Part shown: in pieces, positions 47,001 through 59,000 of the stretch | How positions within the stretch are numbered: position 1 is the stretch's first letter | Layout: each line of letters opens with the position of its first letter | Source: Candidatus Omnitrophota bacterium | GTDB lineage: Bacteria; Omnitrophota; Gorgyraeia; Gygaellales; Profunditerraquicolaceae | Length of the DNA stretch: 64,000 nucleotides | Assembly (NCBI GenBank): GCA_029571225.1 | Contig: JAKPTF010000035.1 | Span: 12,575 to 76,574, forward strand | Direction: 5' to 3' | Position numbers and translations under genes: made by a program | Notes under the pieces: generated by a model | What the model saw: only the letters and a program-made list of their open reading frames with translations | What the model was told of the DNA's origin: nothing | The model's database searches: none

Positions 47001-50000
47001 AATTATTTCTGGTCAGATATGCCAAATACCGCACGAGGGACGTCTTGCTTGCTGCGGTCGGGCCGACAAGAAGTACGCGCTCGTTCAGCCGGATCGCCGG
47101 AATTATATGGCGAAGGTAGCGCATGGTTGTCGGGATATGCACAAGGCTTGATTCCTTTCCCGGGACATACGGGCCGTCCACGTTGTTTATCTCCGACGTA
47201 TCCAGCGCCATATTGTTCGGATCATGCGCTCCGTTGGGGCTCAGACCGCTGAACGTCGTATCAAGCAGGTCTGCGAATATCTGCTGGTCCGTCTCGGAAC
47301 GGAGTGCGCTCGCATAGACCTCCTTGGCCTCTTCGTTGAACAGCCGCTTCAGCGCGAATTCATTAACCTGTTCGCCGTCCTCCCTCATCCGCTTTTCGCG
47401 CAGTTTAACGCGCTCGCACAGGCGGATCAGGTGCCTGAGGGTAAAACAAAACGGCTCTCTTTCGTCCCTTCCGAGGATCCTTTCCTTACTGTCGCGCACG
47501 AGCGATTGATGCAACTGGTCAATGCGGCCGAGAAGCAGGGTATCGAACCCGAATTTCTCATTCAGCAGGCTGATCCGTTCGCTCGGCAGCATCTCATCGA
47601 TCCATTTGACCCTGAAGCGGTTCATAAGCGCGGGCGAAAGGACGTTCCTTCCTATATAATCGGTCGGGTTCATGGTGGCGAACAGGCGAAAATCCGGATG
47701 CGGCACGATCTTTTCGCCGTCGTGCTCCCGCAGGACGATGTTATGGTCGTCGTCCAAAAGCGAATTGATGCGCTCGATAATCTGCGGTTCTGCAAGGTTG
47801 ATCTCATCCAGAAGGAGCCACTGGCCCTTTTTCATCGCCTCGATAAGGATGCCGTCAACCCAGGCGAATTTCCCGTTTGCCTGGGGCCTGCGGCCTCCGA
47901 TGAATTCCAGCTTATCGGTCTGGCCGTTCAGATTGAACCTGCGGAAATCATTGTTGGTCATGTATGCGAGATAGCGCACGAGCGACGTCTTGCCCACGCC
48001 GGTTTCACCGACCAGAAGCACCGGATCGTTCAATGTCACTGCCTGCGCGACCGCTTCAAGGTTAGAGACCGTGCTTTGCGTATGGACGAGCTGCGAGGAC
48101 TCTTTCTTCGGAACGAATGCGCCTGCCTGTTTCTTCACGGGAAGGATAACCGAATCAACCCGCACCGTATTGTCTTTTATTTCGATAGTGCCTTCCTTAT
48201 ACGGCAATACGACAGGCCCCTCTTCCTCTTTCTTTTGCTGCTGGTCCGCTGCCGGTTTTTCTTTCGGGCCTTCGACGGCCTTGCGGAACCTGATGAATTT
48301 CTCCGCAACGTCTGCGGACAACGGGCCGACCGCGATATGCGCTGCGTCAACGCTGTCGGATTCGTTCTCCAGCTTCTGCAGGGCAACGGTAACAGCCGCG
48401 CTCAATGCAGGGTTCAACCCCATGAGAAGCTCATTGCGCAGCTTTTCCGAAAATGCGCGCAGGCGCAAGTCGCCGATAACCTCGATGGCCGCCTTTTTGA
48501 TCTGGGTGACCTTGCTGGCAAGCGGAACATCGAGCAGCACCGTCGCAATCTCGCGCGGAAGCAGGACGAATATCCGTATGCCTTCCGCGATCTTCGCGTC
48601 CTCGCGGCTTGCAAGCATCTGGGCGATCTGTTTGAGGTACGGCTGCAGGTCCTGCGGAAAGTTCTCCGTTGCCCTGCGGAACTGGTCCGCGAGGCTAAGC
48701 GACGTAAAATCCTCCTCCTGGACGAAGTCAGCCATGGACATGATGTCGTATGTCTCATAGGTCTGCTCTTCCCACACTACGTCGATGTCGAAATCCCTCG
48801 ACTTGCTGCCCGTTGACGCGAATTTAGATTCCTTGACGATCTCCTTGAGCTGCTCCTTATCCTGCGGGGATTCCAGGCGGTCCTTGAACACGTACATGGC
48901 GCCCTTGAGGAACGTAGTGCGCATGTCGGCGTTGAAATTCTCGTTGAACGTCTTGATGAAATACGCCCATTGTTTCACGTCGCGCAGGGAGAAACTGTAT
49001 CCGTCATTGCCCATCTTGCGCCTGCCGATCTGCCCTTCCTGGATGCGCTTCTGGACATGCTTGTAGATCTTGATCATTTCCGCAATGACGTCGTCTGCGG
49101 CAAAACTGCCGAGGTAATGACGGATGATCGAGGTCAGCTCCTCATCGGTAAACTCACCGTCCATCCATATCTCGTGAAACTTGTTGCGCAAAGCCGGGGA
49201 GATCTTGTTGCGGCCCGAATACCGGGTCGGGTTCATGGCGGCGAAGAGCCTGAAGTTCGCATGCGGCCTGACCATCTCGCCTTCATGCTCGGTGACGACG
49301 ATAAAGCCATCGTCGTCTATGAGCGAGTTGATGCGTTCGAGGATCTGCGGTTCGGCAAGGTTCATTTCGTCAAGGAGGATCCAGTAGCCTTTTTTCATCG
49401 CCTCAATAAGGACGCCGTCGCGCCACAGATAGGAACGCTCCGCCGCATTCTCACCCGGGATATATTCCCCGATCAGCTCGCAGGTATCGGTCTGGCCGTC
49501 GAGGGAGACGCGCACGAAATTGTTCCCGGTCAGATGCGCAAGGTAACGGATGACCGATGTCTTGCTCGAGGCAGTCGGCCCGACGAGCAGGATGCGCTCA
49601 TTCTGGCGGACAGCCTTGATGATCTTGCGGGCATAGCACAAGGTGGACTTGACGTGCACGAGCTTTGCTTCTTCCCCGGGCACATACGGCCCCTGCACGT
49701 GTTCGATGCCGGACGTATCCAGCTCCTCGTCGGATACCGGGCAGGAATAGCAGTCGACGCCCGGAAAGACCTGCTGCATCTGTTCTTTGAAGACCTGCTG
49801 GTCTTCTTTTGACCGCAGCATGCTGCCGTAAATATCGCATGCCTCCTGCGCGAACAGCTTCATCACCAGCGGCCCGAACTCGAAATTATTGTTCGTGCGT
49901 GCTTTGACGCGCTTGGCAATGCGCAGAAGATGCCTGACGGTGAAATAATACGGTTCCGGCTCGTTCTTGCCCAGGGTCGGAGCAATGCTGCGCAGGTTCT

Positions 50001-53000
50001 GGTGAAGCATGATAACGCGGGCGATCACGTCCTCATCGAAGCCGAATTTGCGGCGCACAAGATTCAACAACTCGCGCTCGCTCAGTTCCTCGATCCATTT
50101 CACGCGGAAACGGTTCATCAAAGCGGGAGACAAGGCCTGGCGGCCGGCATACTCAACCGGGTTCATGGTAGCGAACAGGCGGAAGTTGGGATGCGGAACG
50201 ATCTTCTCACCGTCATGCTCGCGCAGGATGATATTGCGGTCGTCGTCGAGCAGCGAGTTGATGCGCTCGATGATCTGCGGTTCTGCCAGGTTGATCTCAT
50301 CCAGGAGCAGCCAGTATCCGTTCTTCATGGATTCTATCAGTATGCCGTCAACCCATTTCAACGTGCCGTCGGCCTGCGGCCTGCGGCCGCCGATGAACTC
50401 CAGCTTATCGGTCTGGCCGTTCAAGTTGAACCTGCGGAAGTTATTATTGCTCAAATAGGCCAGATAGCGCACAAGCGACGTCTTGCCAACGCCCGTTTCG
50501 CCGATGAGCAGGATAGGATCGTTAAGCGTCACTGCCTGGCCGATCGCCTCGAGATTGCTCACGGTCGAGGCTGTATGCACGAGATGAGCGACGTCTGCGG
50601 AAGGGACATACGGCCCGCCCTGTTCATTGATCATTACCTTCGCGCAGCCGACCTGCACATAACCTTCCTTGGGCGGCAGGATGCGATTGTTCGCGTCGCG
50701 TTCGTTGAAGTGCTTGCGCGACCGCACGGACTCAAAACATTGCTTCATTTGCGGATGATATTTGGCAAAAACAGCTGCCACTTCATCTGATTTCTTCTGC
50801 AGGTCTTCCGGCAGGACCGGCGCATTGAGATCGACTTCTGCAGCCACATCTTTTAATAATCTGCCGTCCACTTTCTTATAGCCGAGCGTAATGAGCGCCC
50901 GCGCTGCCGATGCTGCCACAAACCTGTCTTTGCGGTCCAGGAGCGTCATCAAGTATGTTGCGTATTTCTTGAACCGGAATTGATTGACCAGGTCGATGAT
51001 CGCCCGTTTGATCGGCCCATCCTCATAGGTAATGGTATGGTCGATCAGCTGTTGCGCTATTTCAGGCGGCAGGCCTTTCCAGGCATAAATTGCGGCAACG
51101 GTCGTCATATCGACTTTATCGCTGAGCATTCCGGAACTTTCCCTGATCGCTCCGGCCAGATCTTCAGTTTGGCCGCGGACAAAATACCTGAACAGGACAT
51201 CCAGGTTGTTTGAGAACAAAATGTCCCGCTCGTCAAATCCTTTGAATTCCACGATCTGGTCAAACTCATCGCTTGCCGCGACATCGATAAAGCTGCCCAG
51301 ATTCAGCTCCGACATAGTTTTCATGAATTCTTTGCGGTCCTCGGGCTTTTCCATGCGGTCGCGGTATACGTACATCGCGCCCTTGACGAATGACCGGGCA
51401 AGGCCCAGTCGAGGGCTGAACTCGCGCACGTAATTCGACCACGCGCGCAGGTCTCTCAGGCTGAACTCATACGGCTCTTTGCGGCCGGCGCCGATCATGT
51501 TCTTTTTAACCTTTTCCCTCAGCTTGGAATGCAGACAGACCATCTCCTTAACCACCTCATCCTTCTGCGTGAGGTTCTCAAGGGGTTTTATCGCGTCTGC
51601 GACCAGGTCTTGTTTACCGCCGTCCTTCATCGGCGCAAGTGTCGCCTCGGTCACCGCAGGATCGAGCGCCTTGTTGAGCTGATACCATTCTTTCTGGTTT
51701 AACCCGTAGTTCGCAGCCAGGGAATGCAGGAAATCCACCTTTTGCTGCTGCGAATACGCTTGCCATTCGGGCTGGGCCTGCTTGTCATAGAGTTTAAGTG
51801 CGGCGTCATGGAAATCCGGCCGGATATCCTTGAGGATAGTCTTGAGGTAAACATGCGTCCATCCGCCCGGAGGACCGCGCGCAGCAAGCTCCATGTGCTC
51901 ATAGAGCCTGATCAACTGTTGTTCCTGTCCGATAACGTCCTTACGCCTGAATTGCCGTCCAAGCCACGATTCGTATTTGGCGACCACGCCCTGGACCAGC
52001 TGGTAACTTTCGATGCCTTTGAGATTGCTGATAAAGTCGTCTGCGCTCCTCGCTCCCCTCGCTGCTGCAGGCACGCCTTCGGAGATAGCCTCATCAGCCG
52101 CGATCTCCTTGGAACGGAGGAACTCGGCCAGCGCCTCGATACTGCGACAGCACTGCCTGAGCTGTTCCGGAGCCAGGCTAAAGACGAGTTTTTTGAAATC
52201 TTCGTGCCTGCTCATGGTCTTGAACGTTTCAAGGCTGACACCGGCCTTTTTGTCAAGCCGCACCTGTGCCGCACTAAGCACCAGTATTTTTAACCTGGCT
52301 TCTTCAAAAGACTGTGAGTGATCCGCAATCTCATCCTGAAATGCACCTTCTTCCTGCAATTCACGGAGCAAAATTTCCGTGTTGCGCTTGTCAGAGAGTG
52401 TATTAATGATCCTGCGGGCAACATCCGAGCGGGAATTAAGCAGGAATAATTTAAGCAGCCCTGCTATGTCCTTATTCGACCACTGGCCGATGATGCTGTT
52501 CATCTTTAAGATCAGCTCATCAGGGCACGGATCACAATCAGGGATCAGCATTTTTTCGATCACCGCTCTCTCTTTGTTACTTATGGAACAAGATACCCGC
52601 AACTGCCTGAATGCGAACACGGCATATATGCCAAGATGAATAAGCGACGCTACCAGCATCACAGGCACGAAAAGGCAGCAAACGCTTCCGAAGAGCCAAT
52701 AATACCAGGGGATTACAAAAGTTATGCCATAAAACCATTCTATTCCGACTAAGGCTATGGCGAATATTATTCCACCGAGGATTTCGCCGACGGGTACTAT
52801 ATGAAGCGCTATAAAGGCCCCGAGAAACTTCGAGTCCCATAAACCTTGGATCCTCTGATCACATTTGGCCGAGAGCTGTTCCAATGCAGCGTCTTTATTC
52901 GCCAGGGGCAGCGCCGCATACTCGGCAAACAGTTCCTCCTCGTCCGGATTGCCGCCGTCCATCAGCGGCGCCAGGGTCGCCTCGGTCACCGCAGGATCGA

Positions 53001-56000
53001 GCGCATAGACAAATTTCTGCTGTAGTGATAACGTCTCCCAATCAGGCCGCAAGCGCCGGTGATACAGCTGGGTAATAGCCTCTTTCAACCGGCCGGGACC
53101 GCATGCTTCCCTGGCGATAACAAGAAATTCCAGATTCTCCTGGCGGCCGCCGTCGAATGCCCCGGACATGCGATAGTGCTGATCTATTGCGGCATACTCT
53201 TCTTTTACCCTGGCCATCCATTGATCATGAGCTTCCCTGCCGTTTTGCCCGGAGAATTCCGGTATTGTTTTCTGCGCTGTCGTTGATATCAGGTCAAACA
53301 GTTCCGTGTCGGATCCGGTCCCGGTGCCGAATGTATGCTGCAGGTCGCGTATAAGACATATCCCCATGCCGATGCGCTCGAGAACCGTCTGATCGTACAG
53401 ATTCTGATATGACAGAGAAGAAATATTCCTGGCCAGATGAGCCGGCGACAGGAAAAGCCATTCTAACATAAGCGATTTGATAATGGTCGCCGGAACGGAT
53501 AATGAGATCCCACCCAGCACCAGAGACACGGCAACGGCGGAGAGCCAGGTAATAGGCGAGACGATCACCACCCATATCAGGATGTAGCCGATGTTAAGGG
53601 ATGCCTTTGCGCACCATGAAAGCACGGTATCAATGGTGTTTATCGTCTTGCGGTGCCTGCCAAGGGCGAGCGGCCATCCTGCCGCATCTTTACTGCGTGT
53701 TTTCCATCCGATCAGATGAGCTGTCATACGGCAGGAATCAGTTTCCAGGGACGGATATAAACCGTTGAACACCGCCGCTGCCAGATTGACATGCGTGAAT
53801 ATTATCAGCGCAAGCCAGGGAGACGCGATGTTCGGGATCAATACCGAAAAGGGCGCGATCCCCAGGGAATACAGGACGATAAGGCCGATCACTGCCAGGA
53901 TGAGGTTGGATAAAGGCCCTGCCGCTGCTACGTAGAAGCCGGACCGGCTGGAGCTAGTGATCGCCGTTGCGGGATCCTCCTCGACATATGATGAGACAGC
54001 GGACAGCCTGATGCGTCTTATGGGCCTCTTGAATCGGATCATGACGAGCGCATGCGCGGCCTCATGGATGGCTGATATGGAATATACTCCGAGAGTCAAG
54101 GCGCCCAGCACCGGGTTCAAGACCCACAGGACGATTATTGCAGGAACAAGAAGAACCAGATTAAAGTGCAGTTCGATCGGGATCGATGTGGGCAGGTGAT
54201 AGACGCTTGAGAACCCTCTTCCGGTCCAGCCGGATTTTCGCCGCTCCGTTTCAGATTCTCCGCCGTCGCGCAGGATGACGTGCGGCAGGGTCTGATAATC
54301 GGGCACGACGGTGCGGATGTTCACCGCGCGCTTGAGCTTCTCCCAATCGACCTTATTGAGCTGATGCTCTGCGGCGATATTCTTCAACCAACCCAGCTTC
54401 TCCTCCAAGGATAAGCCGTTCCATTCAGGCCCGCTTGTCTTCTCAAACACCTTGACCGCCGCTCTGCGCAAAGGCGCATGGGGTCCGTAGTTTTCCTGTA
54501 TCTGTGTCCTGAAATACAAATAGGTCCAATCTGCGGAATCACGAGGTATCGTCAGCCCGATTTCTGATATAAGATCCTTCAGTTTAGTCTCCTGAACGTC
54601 AAGTTCATAATTATGCCCGAGCGGACCGTTAATAAAATAACCCAATTCCCACTGTTTATATGCCCGCACCACAGCTTCTTTCAGGGCCCAGAACTTAATG
54701 GCATGCAGATTCCGAGCAATCTCCTCTTTGGTGGCGGCGCGGGTCGCCGCGGGCACAGAATCGCATAATATCCCGTCGACTGCGATCCCCCGGCTGCGAA
54801 GGCCGCTGCACATCGAGACGATCATATCAAGGCTTTGCTGAAAATCATCCTGCGCGAGATTGCGGATCATTTCCAGAAATTCAGTCTGCGTGGTAAGATG
54901 AAGAAACACCTCGTGGGCATGCCGCATACCTTCCGACCCCTCTCCCAGGTACGGCACAAGCTGACGCTCAAATCCATACAGGGCGCGCAACCTATCCCTG
55001 GCGGTTTCGGCACTATCTGCCAGGCGGAATACTTCGCTCTGGAACTTTAACTCTGCCTGTAGCGATTCCGTAAGCCTTGCTCTTCTTCTATCGTTCCAGA
55101 CAGACAACGCGCAAAACCGCACGGCCTTGTCGCCCTGCAGCCGGGAGAGCCAATCCTGGATCAGAAACGTCAAATACCTGTCCGGAAGCTGGCTGAAGGC
55201 TTTTGCCGATCTCTCCAGACTATTATCAGATACATCGGAGCTGTCAGATACTATGATCTTCTTCATCCGGGGATGATCAACGCAATGGTGCACGGCCAAC
55301 GCAATATCATACACATGACCCGTGAGGAATAAAGCGCCCATAACAGGCATGATATAAAGAATATTCAGGGAAAGCGTGAAACCCACGCCAGCAGCTATAA
55401 AGTTTAAAATTACAGTCATGAAGAAAACTATCCATCCAAGATCAGCTTCTGGTGACGTATGATATGTCCGCGCCTCCAGTGTTTTCCAGAAAGGGACCTG
55501 CGGCAGAGCCTTGCATAAGCGATTAGAGATTTCTTCATCTGCCACAAGCAGCATATTGACTACGAAGTTTAAAATAGATATCATGAATATTGTCGCGCAC
55601 AAAATGAGGCCCAGAGCGGACAACATAAAAATTCCATCGATAGTCACGGCCTGCGTATAGAACTGCCATGCCAGACCTGTATCGCCTCCTGACAACGCAG
55701 CCCAGGCCTGCGCAAAATATGAAAGAGATATCTGATCCTGGGGGGTTAAGAAACCGGCGGCGAAAACGCTGCATGCAGTCCACAGCGACCCGCCATCCGA
55801 ACGCAGGCTCGCCAGTCCGTCCTGGTCTGTTAATTTCTCCCGAATAAGACCGTTGTTGAACTGCGGGTTGACCCAGACGATCCTTCCATCAGGCGTAATG
55901 TCGCAGAGCGCGGGGCACACAATATCGATGCCGAAGGTCCTGTGCCACTCATCCTGTATATCGCGCGGCAATATCAAACGGTATATGTCGGCCACCGCAC

Positions 56001-59000
56001 GACCCTGCTCGACGTGGGTATATGCGGCCCTGTCCGGCCAATTCGCCGGGTCAAGAACCGTTTGCCAATCCGCCTCTGTAATCTCTCCCTTCTGCAGGCC
56101 CAACACCACCCTTAAACTGCTCAAGAGTTTTTGTCTTTCCTTCGAAAGGTCGCCGCCGTCATGCTCTGCCGCTAAACTAGTCTCCTTGGCACTGATTATT
56201 TCAAGCGCATCCCCGGCCATTTGAAGCGTTGCTTTCATACCCCGTATCTGCTCATCGGAAAAATCGCCGCTGGCGCGCACACTTTCAGCGATCTCATCGC
56301 GCATCTCTGCGGCGCGCGCGCGGCGGTCCGCAGGCTTTTCCTCCGCAACCAGATGGTGAATACCCTCGGCGATCATAACCAGGTTCCGGTCGTTCATGAA
56401 GTCTGCCGGGCGCAACTGGCCGGCAATATCCTTGAGCTGCTGTACCGACGTTATGGCATAATCGTGGTTAACCAGGCCAAAGGCTGAAAACATCAAAACG
56501 AATACACCTATAATTCCCAGGCTGAAGGGCACATAAAACGGAAGAATGCCGATTACGGACAATACCGCCAGGGCAATGCAACTGACCGCGACAATCCGGC
56601 TGTAGACTACGGTCACCCTGTTCGCATAAACGACATTTGTTTTCATCGCAAGCAATGACCTGATCACGCGGCCCGAATCAAGCGGGTACATCGGCATGAA
56701 AAGATTGAATATGCCCAGAATCCAATTGATCAGGCCAAGCGACACCAGCCAGGCGAGCGGGCTTGCCATATCTATGACCGGCCAGGCGAACAGGTTGAAC
56801 GAAGCACCCAGGAGCGCTGCGGGAACGAACAGCGACGCTGCTATGCCGAAACTTGCAAGGGGGCCGGCAATGGAAACCAGAAATTCCTGTTTCGGATCCC
56901 TGAACTTCATGTCCCGGATCGCCGTAGTGCCTCCCAGGATATGAAGCGTAATATGATCCGTTTCAAAGCCGTATCGCCGGGCAGCGCGGATATGCGAAAA
57001 TTCATGCGCCAGCACTGACAGAAGAACGGCAATATAGAACAACAGAAGTTCCCATCCGGTTAACGCAAACAGGGCAATCGGAATAACCAGCGTGATGTGC
57101 AGCCGCAGCGGGATCCTGGTCGGTATCTGTAACGATGGAAATATCCCGTCGCCGACCAATTCCCAGGATTTGCTCTGCGCTGCGCCGCCGTCCCGGCTCG
57201 CATCGATCCGTGTCGACGGACAAACCACCCTGGCTCTGAACCATAGAGGAACATGCCGGATCATATCCTGCCTGATCGAAACAGCTTTTATAAAGCTGTC
57301 CTGCGCCATGTCTTCAAAGCCAAGGGCAAGCGACATTGCCCCCAGGTTTACATGTGATATATGGCACGCCGGATTGAGCTCGATTGCCTTCTGCATCTCT
57401 ATAATGGCTTGCTGAAAATAACCCTGCCGGTAATAGAGTAGCATGCTGCGGTTATAGAGAACCGACGCGTAATCGGGATTCTGCTCAAGCGCCTTCCGAT
57501 ATGCCGAAAGTGCGGCGTCATAGTGGCCGAACTCCGCATATACCGCTCCCAGGTTATTATAAATACAACAGCTCACGCCCGGCTTATCCATTATCTGGAA
57601 CCCGAAGTAAAACAGATTCAATAATTCTTTCTTTGTGATGCGGTCGACATCCAGCACGCCTGCCTGATATTGCTGCTCGAGTTCGATAACACGCTCGCCG
57701 GATATTTTATAGTTTGGCTTGAGTACCCAATATACGCCTGCTTTGCGGTAATATTTCCTAACATTGACGACCCGCAACGTGTTTAATATGAAATCGATCA
57801 CCAGCAATCTTTTCTTGTCAAGCATGAGCCCGACAAAACAATGTCCGATACGGCTGCAACCCCGGACGTTGAATCCCAACATTGCCAGGATGATATACGT
57901 CAATTGCGCGGTTACAATACATCGCGCGAGGCATGCTTTCATAGCAGCGCTTTCGCTGCCGGAACGGGAATCGGCATCAATGACATCGAATATATTTTCG
58001 TGGTTCAGGCTGTTGACTAACAGCATGCTTATCTGCGGCGGATCAACCTCTTCAAAAATCCGGTTCCTGTCGAACAGGTCCCACACCACAAGCATTAATT
58101 GGCCGAGATGCTTTCTGCCTTCGGGGGCATTACGCAGGCACTGATGCCATTGCGCTGATTGTTCTGTAAGGGTTTGCCATGTATCTTCAGGAAGGACCTG
58201 TTTGATCTGAGCGTTCAACGCCGGAACGGCATTTTCAGGATACCCGATGCTCACGAGAATACCGGATAATTTTTCATCATACGCTCCGCCGTCCAGGCTG
58301 AGATACAACTCCAGAGCCTTGTTCCTGACCAGCGCAGTCATTTCCGCTTTCATATCGGCATCGTCAGGGTGCGCCATGCAGCGGCGGAAGGCGCTATCAA
58401 AAACCCGGGCCGTGAATTCAAATCCTGCGTTATAGTAAAATTTTATGTAGCCGAACATCCCTGCCGGATCGCGGTCGATCACCGGCGACGGATCATGCGC
58501 AAATCCCCTGACCGCGCCCTCATGAAGGGAATATATTGCACGGAGCCGTTCGATGAATATCTCGCGCGTCCAACCCTGATGCCGGTATTCCGGGAACAGG
58601 AAGAACCCGGTATTAAAGAACCACTTGGAATGCCAGCCAAATCCGACAATCCCATCCCTGTTGGCCAGGATCTCGAGCCTTTCATGGCGGCCGCCGATCG
58701 TGACGTTGAACCCGCGGGGTCTTTCCGAACAGGACCAGTGTATCCCGCGGCCGAGGATCGTCGTGTAGAACGGATCGTTCTCGAACATCATGATACCTTC
58801 TGTCTCAAGACAGAAATACGTCCTGCCGTAACGGGCGCTGTGCTGACTTATTTTTGCATCAAGCATTGCTACCTGGTCAGAGCTATCGGCCCAATCGGAA
58901 TCGAAAAGCTCGATCGGCTCTTTGATCCTGCTGACGATTTCTTCGCGTCCTGTCCCGCCGTCGCGCAGCGCTCTCTCGATCATCTTGATGTCGCTTGAAA

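Noticed and set aside
44716-50598. Periodic nucleotide repeats in this region could be a CRISPR array or a tandem satellite.
   Set aside because: The repeats are kilobase-scale, in frame and encode AAA+ domains. There is no structure of short direct repeats with unique spacers.
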